NCBI RefSeq assembly: GCF_963921235.1
Contig: NC_086097.1
Span: 167,464,001-167,528,000 of the forward strand
DNA: 64,000 nt
Direction of reading: 5' to 3'
From: Mobula hypostoma
Lineage: Eukaryota
Shown piece after piece: positions 22,243 to 33,781 of the stretch (its first letter is position 1; the number at the start of each line of letters is the position of its first letter). The translations under genes and the position numbers were made by a program. The notes under the pieces are model-generated. The model worked only from the letters and a program-made list of their open reading frames with translations, did not search any database and was not told the origin of the DNA.

Positions 22243-25200
22243 AAGATCATAAGATATAGGAACAGAATTAGGTCATTCAGCGTATCAAGTCTGCCCAGCC
22301 ATTTCATCATGGCTGATCTATTTCCCCCTCAACATCATTCTCTTGCCTTTCCACATAACCTTTCACACACTGACTAATCAACAACCTATCAAACTTTGCC
22401 TTGTTACGTACCCCGTAACTGGGTTGCCAAACCAGCAGAAATGGATCACTCAGTTGGAGTCTGGATTACTAGAACTAAGAAAGTTTTATTAAAGAAACAA
22501 GCAACACAGTAATCGAAAGGATAATAAATGCAACAGTTCAGCAATGATAAACACACATGTGCACAGAATTAAGATAACAGCATCAATCAAGCTCTATCGT
22601 TGTCTAGGGGTAAATGACCAATTTCAAAGTGACACAAAGTTCAGTCCAATTTAGTTCAGTTCGCAGTAATCGTTGCCATGGCGATGGACAACGTGGGGGG
22701 GAAGGAGAGAGAGAACGAGAACGACTGATCATTCAGAACAGCTTCCACTCACAGACCGGCGATATTGCTCACAAGCAGCTTTCGGGCGGGTCCTTTGTGA
22801 TGTCACCTGAGGTCACCGACTGTGACCCCTCCTCCAGATGCGGTCGATCCTCTGCAGTGAACCCGGCACCCAAGCGAGGGTGGACACACACCGGGTTCCC
22901 GCTGATCGTACCTTTCCACCCTGTGCGTTTATGGCCCGGTACTACCCACCGACTTGTGAGAGGCGCACCGCTTCCAGGGTCTCGTTACCTCGGGTATTGT
23001 GTGTCCTGCCTTAGCGAACCTGTCCCTTTTTATCCCCCTGCTGGGGTATCGCCTGTCCATCACTTCAAACAGTTCAGGGTTCAAAGGGGGAGCCGCTCTA
23101 GACAATACCCAGACTGATGGCTCCTTCATTAACATCTCCAAATGCTGCTTCATTGTTCCTTATCTCTCCCTCCCCTGAGGACAGGTGGCAGACCAACTGC
23201 TGATGCCACTGGTGCTAGCCCAGGCCAGCAAACATCTTAATTTATGTGTATTCTCGTCACAGCCTTAAATGCACCCAGTGCCCTGGCCTCCACTACCACC
23301 TGTGGCACGGATTTACCACCCTCTGGCTAAAGGAATTCCTCCTCAGCTTTGTTCTAAATGGATGTCCCTCTATTTTGAGACAGTGCCCTCTGGGTCCCAG
23401 ACTCCCTCACCAAAGGAAACATCCTCTTCACATCCAATCTATCTGCAACACTCTATCTATCAACACAGACCCTTGTGGAACACCACTAGTCACCAGAGGC
23501 CAATCCAAAAAGGCTCACTTTATTCCCACTCTTTGCCTCCTGCCAATCAGCCAATGCTTTATCCATGCTAGCATCTTTCCTCTAGTACGCTGGGGTCTTA
23601 TTTTGTCAAGCGGCCTCATGTGCAGCACCTTGTCAATAGCCTTCTGAGAATCCAAGGACCCAACAGCCATCAATTCTCCTTTGTCTATCCTGTTTGTCAT
23701 TTCTTCAAAGAATTTGAACAGATTTATCAGGCAAGATTTCCATTCAAGAAATCACGATGACTTTGGCATATTTTGTCATGTGCCTCCAAGTACCCAGAAA
23801 CCACATGCTTAACAATTAACTCCAACATCTTCCCAACCACTAAGGTCAAGCTATCTGGTCTATACATCTGTTCTCCTGACTCCCTCCCTTCTTGAAGGGT
23901 GGAGTGACAAGTGAAATTTTCCAGCCCTCCAAAACAATGCTAGCATATAGTGATTCTTGAAAGATCATTACTAATGGCTCCATAATCTCTTCAGCTACCT
24001 TATTCAAAAACCTGGGGTGTAGTCTACAAGATCCAGGTGACTTATCTACCTTCAGACCTCACTGTTTCCCAAACACCATCTCTGTAGTATTAGCAACTGC
24101 ACTCCCGTTTGCCCCTTGACACTCTTGAACTTCTGGCATACTACTAGTGTCCTCCACAGTGAAGAATGATGCAAAATACTTATTCAGTTTGTCTGCCATT
24201 GCCCTGTCCCCTCGCCAGTGTTATTTTCCAGTGGTCCAATATCTACTCTTGCCTCTCTTTTACTCTTTATATACATATCTGAAAAAGCTTGTGAAGTCAT
24301 TTTTTATATCATTGGCTAGCTTACACCTTTTCTTCTTTCCCCCCTGTGGTTTCTCGGTTGCCTTCTGTTGATTTTCAAAATTTTCCTATATCCTCTAACT
24401 TCCCACTAATTTTTGCGCTATCGTATGACCTCTCTCTTGGTTTTATGTTGGCTTTGACTTCCTTTGTCAACAATGGCTGCATCATCTTCCTTTTAGAGTG
24501 CATTCTCTTCTTTCTGATGCATTTATCCTGTGACTTTAAAATTTGTCCCAGAAACTCCAGCCATTGCTGTTCTTTTGTTACCCCACTAGTGTCCCCTTCC
24601 AATCAGCTTTGAACAGCTCATCTCTCATACCTCTGTAATTGTTTTTACTCCACTTACTCCACTATAATACTGATACATCTGTCTTAGCTTCTTCCTCTCA
24701 AATTGCAGGGTGAATTCTATCATATTATGATCATTATTTCCTAAGGGTTCCTTTACCTTAAGCTCCCTAATCATATCTAATTCATTACACAACACCCAAT
24801 CTAGAATTGCTGGTGGGCTCAACCACAAGCTGCTCCAAAAATCCATCTCAGAGGCAGTCCACAAATTCTCTCTCTTGGGATTCAGCATCAACTTCATCTT
24901 TCCAATCTACTTAAATATTGAAATTCCCCATAATTAAAGTAACGTTGTCTTGTTGACATGCTTTTTCTATCGCCCACTGCAATTTGTAGACCACATCCTG
25001 GCTACTGTTTGGAAGCCTGCAAGAAACTCCCATCAGGGTCTTCTTACCCTTGCAGTTCCTTAACTCTACCCAACAAGAATTCTTCATCTTCTGATCCTAT
25101 GTTACCTCTCTCTAAAGATTTAATTTTATTCTTTACCTACTGAGCCACTCCTCTTTCTCTGCCTACCTGCCTGTCCTTTTGATAGATGGTGTATCCTTGG

Positions 25201-25290
25201 ATACTAAGCTCCCAACTACCATTGTCTTTTAGTCATGACTCCATGATAGCACAACATCATTCCTGCCAATCTCAAACTGCCTGACAAGAT
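22243..25290 (-). mobile_element. Old CR1 with internal deletions, interrupted by a solo LTR
   Basis: 3' tail at 22243-22400; RT remnants (RIDKGE..DSQKAIDKV); APE end (ILDWVLCNE...LGNNDHNMIEF). Confidence 0.75.
22402..23261 (-). mobile_element. 860-bp solo LTR
   Basis: TGTTACG...CGTCACA termini; 4-bp TSD GCCT (22398-22401, 23262-23265); CpG-rich; minus-strand AATAAA near 22485-22490. Confidence 0.85.
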
Positions 25291-25525
25291 CATCTATTTT
25301 TTGTTTTGAAAAGATCTTAAAATTTCTTCATCATACACGTACTCTTTGGTCTAAAAATTTAATATGTATCACATAAAGCAAGGAACAAAGCACTGAGCCC
25401 AGTCTCAAAATTAACTTTCAACTATTATCCTTATTTTCCTGCTATTCAGCTAATTTTGCCAATGGTCATTAGATCCCATGGATATCTACCTGTTTTGACC
25501 AATCTCTGCCAAAAGCCTTGTTAAA

Positions 25526-27950
25526 CATAGAACATAGAATAGTACAGCACAGTACAGGCCCTTCGGCCCACATTGTTGTGCTGACACTCAAACCCTGCCT
25601 CCCATATATCACCCTGCCTTAAATTCCTCCATATACCTGTCTAGTAGTCTCTTAAATTTCACTACTGTATCTGCCTCCACCACTGACTCAGGCAGAGTAT
25701 TCCACGCACCAACCACTCTCCAAGGAAAATTCTTTCCTCTAATATCCCCCTTGAACTTCCCACCCCTTACCTTAAAGCCATGTCCCCTTGTATTGAGCAG
25801 TGGTGCCCTGGGGAAGAGGTGCTGGCTATCCACTCTATCTATCCTCTTAATATCTTGTATACCGCTATCATGTCTCCTCTCATCCTCCTTCTCTCCAAAG
25901 AGTAAAACCCTAGCTCCCTTAATCTCTGATCATAATCCATACTCTCTAAACCAGGCAACATCCTGGTAAATCTCCTCTGTACCCTTTCCAATGCTTCCAC
26001 ATCCTTCCTATAGTGAGGCAACCAGAACTGGACACAGTACTCCAAGTAAGGCCTAACCAGAGTTTTATAGAGCTGCATCATTACCTTGCAACTCTTAAAC
26101 ACTATCCCTCGACTTATGAAAGCTAACACCCCATAAGCTTTCTTAACTACCCTATCTACTTGTGAGGCAACTTTCAGGGATCTGTGGACACATACCCCCA
26201 GATCCCTCTGCTCCTCCACACTACCAAGTATCCTGCCATTTACTTTGTACTCTGCCTTGGAGTTTGTCCTTCCAAAGTGTACCACCTCACACTTCTCCGG
26301 GTTGACCTCCACCTGCCACTTCTCAGCCCACTTCTGCAACTTATCAATGCCTATCTGCAATCTTTGACAATCCTCTACAACACCACCAACCTTTGTGTCG
26401 TCTGCAAACTTGCCAACCCACCCTTCTACCCCCACATCCAGGTCGTTAATAAAAATCACGAAAAGTAGAGGTCCCAGAACAGATCCTTGTGGGACACCAC
26501 TAGTCACAACCCTCCAATCTGAATGTACTCCCTCCACCATGACCCTCTTCCTTCTGCAGGCAAGCCAATTCTGAATCCACCCTGCCAAACTTCCCTGGAT
26601 CCCATGCCTTCTAACTTTCTGAATAAGCCTACTGTATGGAACTTTGTCAAATGCCTTACTAAAATCCATGTAGATCACATCCACTGCACTACCCTCATCT
26701 ATATGCCTGGTCACCTCCTCAAAGAACTCTATCAGGCTTGTTAGACATGATCTGTCCTTCACAAAGCCATGCTGACTGTCCCTGATCAGACCATGATTCT
26801 CTAAATATCCTTATATTCTTATAAGGATATCTCTAAGAATCCTTTCCAACAGCTTTCCCACCACAGACATAAGGTTCACTGGTCTATAATTACCCAGACT
26901 ATCCCTACTATCTTTTTTGAACAAAGGGACAACATTCGCCTCCCTCCAGTCCTCCAGTACCATTCCCGTAGACAACGAGGACATAAAGATCCTAGCCAGA
27001 GGCTCAGCAATCTCTTCCCTCGCCTCGTGGAGCAGCCTGGGGAATATTCCGTCTGGCCCCTGGGACTTATCCGTCCTAATGTATTTTAATACTCCAACAC
27101 CTCTTTTCCCTTAATATCAACATGCTCCAGAACATCAACCTCATTCATATTGTCCTCACCGTCATCAAGTTCCCTCTCATTGGTGAATACTGAAGAGAAG
27201 TATTCATTGAAGACCTCGCTCACTTCCACAGCCTCCAGGCACATCTTCCCACCTTAATCTCTAATCAGTCCTACCTTCACTCCTGTCATCCTTTTGTTCT
27301 TCAATTGAAGAATGCCTTGGGGTTTTCCTTTACCCTACTCGCCAAGGCCTTCTCATGCCCCCTTCTTGCTCTTCTCAGCCCCTTCTTAAGCTCCTTTCTT
27401 GCTACCCTATATTCCTCAATAGACCCATCTGATCCTTGCTTCCAAAACCTCATGTATGCTGCCTTCTTCCACCTGACTAGATTTTCCACCTCACTTGTCA
27501 CCCATGGTTCCTTCACCCTACCATTCTTTATCTTCCACACTGGGACAAATTTATCTCTAACATCCTGCAAGAGATCTCTAAACATCGACCACATGACCAT
27601 AGTACATTTCCCTGCAAAAATGTCATCCCAATTCACACCCGCAAGCTCTAGCCTTATAGCATCATAATTTGTCCTTCCCCATTTAAAAATTCTCCAGTCC
27701 ACTCTGATTCTATCCTTTTCCATGATAATGTTAAAGGCCAGGGAGCGGTGGTCACTGTCCTCCAGATGCTCACCCACTGAGAGATCTGTGACCTGACCCG
27801 GTTCGTTACCTAATACTACAAATTTTCTAGATCTAGTATGGCATTCCCCCTAGTCGGCCTGTCAACATACTGTGACAGGAATCCATCCTGGACACACTTA
27901 ACAAACTCTGCCCCGTCTAAACCCTTGGAACTAATCAGGTACCAATCAAA
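25526..27950 (-). mobile_element. CR1 (APE end to 3' tail) nested in an older CR1 fragment (~25420-28110)
   Basis: ORF 25839-26762 (YMDFSKAFDK, GVPQGSVLGP, FADDTK) and ORF 27301-27777; TSD GTTAAA (25520-25525, 27951-27956). Confidence 0.9.
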
Positions 27951-28104
27951 GTTAAAGTTCATTCAAAGCACATCACATGCATCACTTTCATTGACCTCCC
28001 TTGTTACCACAATAAAGAGTTTTATCAAATTTGTCAGACACAAACTTCGTTAATAAATCCATGCTGACTGTTCCTGATTAACCTGCATTTTCAAATGGTT
28101 TAAT

Positions 28105-28808
28105 TGGTTCAAATAGTTCAAATCAATATCAGAAAATATATACAGTATACAACCTGAAATTCCTAATCTTCGCAGACATCGATGAAACAGAAAAAAACCT
28201 GAAGACTGAATGACAGAAACATCAAAACCCAAGCCCCCTCCCCCTCCCAAGGACAAGCATCAGCAGAAGCATCAATTCCCCCCTCCCCCACCATGCAAAC
28301 AATAGCAATAGCCCCCAAAGAGACTTTGATCTCGAGTCCTTCAAAAACTACAATCCATCGTTACACTTTTTAGGAAGGTCCTCTCTCACTAGCGAGAGGG
28401 AGAAAGGTTGCCCCTGCGGCAACGAGAGCGGGAGAACACCAACTCACTGTATCAATGTTGCTATCTTCTGTGTTGTTTCTCCAAGTACCCAACTTGTGGA
28501 CCAACAGACACCCAATCACCATCAAAAAGACAGAGAGAGAGAGAGGGGCTTTCTTCCAACAGCAGTGCACACTGCCTGTTGCCTTATGTTTCAGTCTCCC
28601 ATGATTCTTCAGTCGGGGACATCGGCAGGGAGCCGGGTCATCTATGAGGCTGCATTCTGAAAGCACACGTCTTCAGCCCGCACGGCGAGTTCAAGAATCC
28701 ACTGCTCATGGAGAACCGTAGTTTGAACTGCAGCTGTTGATCACAGACTCTGACATGGCCCCAGCCACCTTGAAAAGATCTACAAAAACCTCAGGTGCCA
28801 TTTTTTTT
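28105..28808 (-). mobile_element. Probable non-coding LINE-derived element
   Basis: On the minus strand it starts AAAATGGCACC and ends in a TTTGAAC-type tail resembling the Rex1-like tail at ~49910-49990. No coding remnant seen. Confidence 0.35.
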
Positions 28809-30009
28809 TCTCAGTGAAGCATTGTACTGTTTTCATCACGGAATCCAATTTGTTTCCACGTAGCTCCTAACCATCTTGATGCCTTCATTCCGCAACCATC
28901 CCATAAGCAAATCTGATCATGAACAAGCGTGAAAGTGTGGAACGTACTAATATGTACAAGGCTGCTTGCCATCAGCACTGTCCAGCCATTCCCTGGTGCC
29001 GGCTGGCCTGCAGAGTATTTCCAGCATTCTCTGCTTTTGTTCCAAACCTCTGGTTATAAGCTCATAGAGTCACTCTATACAAAAATGGGCCCAATGACCC
29101 CTTACACCTGTTCCAACCTCTTTGTCCATATACCCTAATCCTGTTTGTTTGCATTTGTAGTATCTGTAGTTTTTTATGTGATTCTAATTAAGAGATTCCT
29201 TGATAGAACTTTGAAGATGCACATCAATTAGTAGCAAAAATACTTCTCCAAGTCACAAAAGGAAATACTGGGATTCCTGCTCCTAGATTTTCAAAGATCA
29301 TTACCATCTCAACCAGGGTGAAAGTTGGTTGGAAGTTTGATCTCGTATATGGGATCCAGCTTCTCAGCAGCCTCAACTGCTGTGTACTTTGTCAATCAAT
29401 CCCTTCTCCCCTTTCCCACACACATTGCTCTCCTGCCAAATTAAGTCAGCGCACTATCAATGGGTCAACTGTCCTCCTGTTGCACTCTGTTGCAATTTGA
29501 TTAGTCCAGGAATTATAAACTTGCTTTCTGTACGATACATTTTCATAGCTAGTAGGTTAATAATTAATGAGACAAATGGTAGTTTAAGCTGTTCGTCAAA
29601 GGGCTGGTAATTTCATTGTCTCTGGCATAAAACTACATAACACTGTAAAATCAATGCTGTCCATTTTCCACACTATTGACTCCTTGACAGCAGCCAGACA
29701 GCGACAATGAGATCTTGCACTTTAGCTTATTGTGTCGCCAAATGTTTTAATTTCCTGGTAGGGAAGATGAAAGTCTTTATTAAGGGGAGAATAAAATCAG
29801 TCTATGTAACAAGGAAAAATCACAAAGGAAATGGTAGAAATAAAAAATAAGGGGATGCGAGAATTCACCATTAAACTGGTGGAGCAGGCAAGTGGGTAAT
29901 AACCACCAGATCCCATTCTGATTCTGAATTCCTGCTGCCCGTCTTCTTCTGCAGAGATAGATTATGGATATGATAAGGGTCTTCAGCCCACCGAGCCTCC
30001 ATCAACACT

Positions 30010-30385
30010 GACTTCTCTGACATGAAATTTGTTGTTTTGTGGCAGCAGAACAGGCCTAAGGCAGAAAATTATTATATGTCACAAAAATGAATAAATAGTG
30101 CAAAAAGGAACAAGATGAGGTTCATGGGTTCATGGATCATTCAGAAATCTAATGGCAGAGGAGAAGAAATTGTTCTTATTGTGGATTTGTAGGCTCCTGT
30201 ACCCCCACCAGGATGATAGTAACGAGAAGAGGGCATGTCCTAGATGGAAGGGGTCTCTTGTGATGGCTGCCTCCTTCTTGAGGCATTGCCTTTTGGAGCG
30301 GTCCTCAATGGCGGGGAGGGGTGTGCCTGTCATGGAGCTGTCTGAGTCCACAACCTTCTGCAGCCTCCTTGCCATCCTGTGGTGA
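30010..30385 (-). mobile_element. Rex1/Babar 3' end
   Basis: RLQKVVDS...CLKKEAAITRDPFHLGHALFSLLSS. Confidence 0.75.
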
Positions 30386-30575
30386 CGTACCAAATCCCCT
30401 CAAACTGCTAATGAAGTACACTAATTCTTGTTTATTCTCCCCACATTCCTATCAACAACCCCCCACCCACCCCCCAGATCGTACCACTCACTTACACACC
30501 AGAGATGATTTACCGTGACCAGTTTAACCGGCCAACTCACACACTTGTGGGATGTGGGAGAAACCTGGAGCACTC

Positions 30576-30760
30576 AAAAACAAAAAATACTGGAGGAACT
30601 CTGCAAGTCAGGCAGCATCTATGGAGAGAAATAAACAGTCAACCTTTCAGACTGAGACCCTTCATCAGGACAGTTTATTCCTCTGCATAGGTGGTGCCTG
30701 ATCTGATGAGTTCCTCCAGCATTTTGCTCTGGATTTCCAGCATCTGCAGAATCTCTTGTG
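30576..30760. mobile_element. Fold-back HHR mini-element inside a V-SINE (~30400-30830, minus)
   Basis: The inverted arm contains an HHR (minus GTC-CTGATGA-agggtctcagtct-GAAA) and is followed by a sense pLTR tail. Confidence 0.7.
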
Positions 30761-30889
30761 CTTATGACACCTGTGAAGTCACAGATTATGTAAACTCCAA
30801 AAGCACAGCACCCAAGACTGCGTGCTTAAATACATGTATTGTATTTTATTTGAAAAATCAAAATAAATGGCAGATGTTGGGAATGTAGA

Positions 30890-31418
30890 GTAAAAACAGG
30901 GTGTATAGGATATGCAGGAAGAGGTTTCACCTCTGGTGAAGGGACTTGTCATGACCAGTCTGCGGCAGCTCACTCACCTTTGGTCCCCGCTAGACACTCA
31001 GCTCTCACTCGTGGCTCCAAATAGCTGTTTGCATGCAACAGAGGCCATAAACTGGTACACCATTTTGACAGGCATGCTAAATCAGGTGAGGTTAGCCAGT
31101 GGACATCATACTCTGGCGAAATAGGGACATACCTGTCTTAGCATGCAAAGTCCATTCTGGAGTTCTGGGTTGGTAAGACCTACAATGAGATCCAACAGCC
31201 GAGAAGTTGGTTCTGCAATGCTCCATGGAGAACAAAGGGCATGACAAGGCACAAAAGTCATGGTCATCCACTGCAACCAAGGAAGATCCCAGCTGTGATA
31301 ACTACTTGTACATTGGATGTCCAAGGTTGAGAGAGTGGAACTGCCCCAGTGTAATGGCTTATGTTAAAAACTCTCCTGACAGGTTTCCCATCATCGTTGA
31401 GTACAACTGACGATCACT
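30890..31418 (+). mobile_element. Probable non-autonomous RTE-like element
   Basis: Discrete GC-richer non-coding block resembling an RTE-type UTR; no ORF. The family assignment is weak. Confidence 0.3.
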
Positions 31419-31847
31419 AGAGTAAAAGCAGTAGGAATTTGAAACGCTCACGAGCGAGACAGTACCTGCAGAAAGAATCCACTACCCTCGCTGTGTGTCT
31501 CTACACAGTTATGTACCAGGTTAAGCAACTTCTCAAAAATCACCTGAGGCAGATGCTTCTTCCAGGGCTTTTAATGAGATTTCGGGCTTGTGAAAAGATG
31601 ATGCTGTTTCAAGGACAAATAAAGAGTGGATGGAGATGTGTATCTTTCCACCGTGTGCTTCAAATTGGATCAAAACTAGCGTGCACAGGAAATGTTACAA
31701 AAAACAGCTTACATATCGGAAGTGAAGGTCAAACAAGATGTACTGTGCCTCAGGAATCCAGAATAAAGAGAAACAGAGATAATATTTCAGGACAAACATG
31801 ATTCATCATAACTAGAAAGAGAGAAAAGTGGAACCTTTAAAATGGTT

Positions 31848-32025
31848 TACAGATGCTGGAATCTGGAGCAAAACCATGAACTGCTGGAGGAAATTGGATG
31901 GTCAACATTTCAGGTCAAGACTCTTCACCTGGACTGGCCAGAAGCTGGTCTCAGCACCCACTGTCCTTTTCCCTCTACAGATAATGAACGGCCCGCTGAG
32001 TTCCTCAAGCAGCTATTTTTTTTTT
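31848..32025. mobile_element. Degenerate fold-back HHR mini-element
   Basis: Inverted arm CAGATGCTGGAATC...TTTCAGGTCAAGACTCTTCACCTGGACTG, then a sense tail GCTGAGTTCCTC. Confidence 0.6.
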
Positions 32026-33447
32026 TGAAAGAGAGAATTGCCCTGGTGCAGGATCTTGACCAGCAATTGTGAACATTTTTCCCCTCCACAAATGCTGCTT
32101 CCCCTCCAGCAGTGTACTTCTCAGAAAACAAGTTAGTTTTAATTAACAGGTGAAAGGATGAACAGTCAGAGGCAGCTTACAGTAAATTTAACTTGTTACC
32201 TCACTTTCCAAGCTTAGGTGAAGCTTCCTCAACTCTTGTCTCTCCTTCCATTGATTCTGCCTGACCATCCCTGACTTCTATCAAACCTTACCCTGACCAC
32301 AACCTTGTTCTGATACTCTCAAACTGTCAAGTGTTCCTTCACTTCCAGCCTCAACTGACTCTCTCTTGCCCTGAATTTATCTCATGCCACTTGTTCCCAC
32401 TTTGGCAGACTGTCATTTCTGAGGAGCCCTCACACCTGGTCACCATGGTCCACTATGTAAAGATTCACTCCTTGCATCGGTTTTCTTCCATCCTTCCCTT
32501 GTGTAACGTGTACAGGAATATTTCTCTGATGCAGAGTCCATCTACTGAGAATGATTTTCAGTTCAATGTCCGCCTGTAGTTACACAGAAATACAAAATTC
32601 AGTCAGATTCCCACACAGTGTGTAGAACAAGCTTGTGATCAGTACCAGAACTTCCCACTGGAAACAGGCAGACCACTCATTTCCATGCCAGCGAAAGGAA
32701 AACAAAGGTCCAATATTCTATTTGCCCGCAGGTTTTGTTTCATGATGAGATTTCAACAGGCCAGAGAAATCCATCAAGGTAAAAGATTTTATGGACACGC
32801 TACATTAAAAAAAACACAACTGTCATCATATGAGATTAACATTTAAAATGCCTCACATTCAAAATGCAGGATATTTGCTTCTTTAAGCACATGCCCATAT
32901 ACACAGATAAAAATCAGTACGCAGAGCAGAAGTAATTTAATCTCTGATACAGGATCTCAAGCTGAAACATTGACTATCTCTCCACTGACTTTCTCTACCA
33001 GTTCATTTTTTGTTCCAGATCGCACCATCTGCAGCCTCTTGTATCTTCATAACTCTCGGTACTTCCCAGTCCACCTTGTTGTAGGCTTGCACTTTATTGT
33101 CTGCACTTTTACTGTGCTGCAACACTTCTGCACTCTGTTATTGTTTTACCATGTACTACCTCAATGTATCATTGTAACAAATAGATCTGTGTGGATGGTA
33201 AGCAAAAGATGTACCTTGAGATTTACAACTTACAGATCTAATTTACCTGTTTTCAGCTGGGTTCCTCTGTAATGCCAGTCTCACCCTGGTCCTTTGTCCA
33301 GCCTTTTCTACCCCAGCCTATTCCAAAGACTAGTGGAGACAAAAAACCTGCAGGTGCTAGAAAGCCAAAACATAAAGTAGTTTTGTGACATACATCAAAG
33401 TTGCTGGTGAACGCAGCAGGCCAAGCAGCATCTATAGGAAGAGGCGC

Positions 33448-33483
33448 AGTCGACGTTTCAGGCCGAGACCCTTCGTCAGGACT
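33448..33483 (-). ncRNA. Minimal type I hammerhead ribozyme (left pLTR)
   Basis: Minus strand AGTC-CTGACGA-AGGgtctcggCCT-GAAA-CG-TC-GACT. Confidence 0.85.
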
Positions 33484-33781
33484 AACTGAAGGAAGAGTGA
33501 GTAAGGGATTTGAAAGCTGGAGGGGGAGGGGGAGATGCAAAATGATAGGAGAAGACAGGAGGGGGAGGGATAGAGCCGAGAGCTGGACAGGTGATAGGCA
33601 AAAGGGGATACGAGAGGATCATGGGACAGGAGGTCCGGGAAGAAAGACAAGGGGGGAGGGGGTGACCCAGAGGATGGGCAAGAGGTATATTCAGAGGGAC
33701 AGAGGGAGAAAAAGGAGAGTGAGAGAAAGAATGTGTGCATAAAAATGAGTAACAGATGGGGTACGAGGGGGAGGTGGGGCC

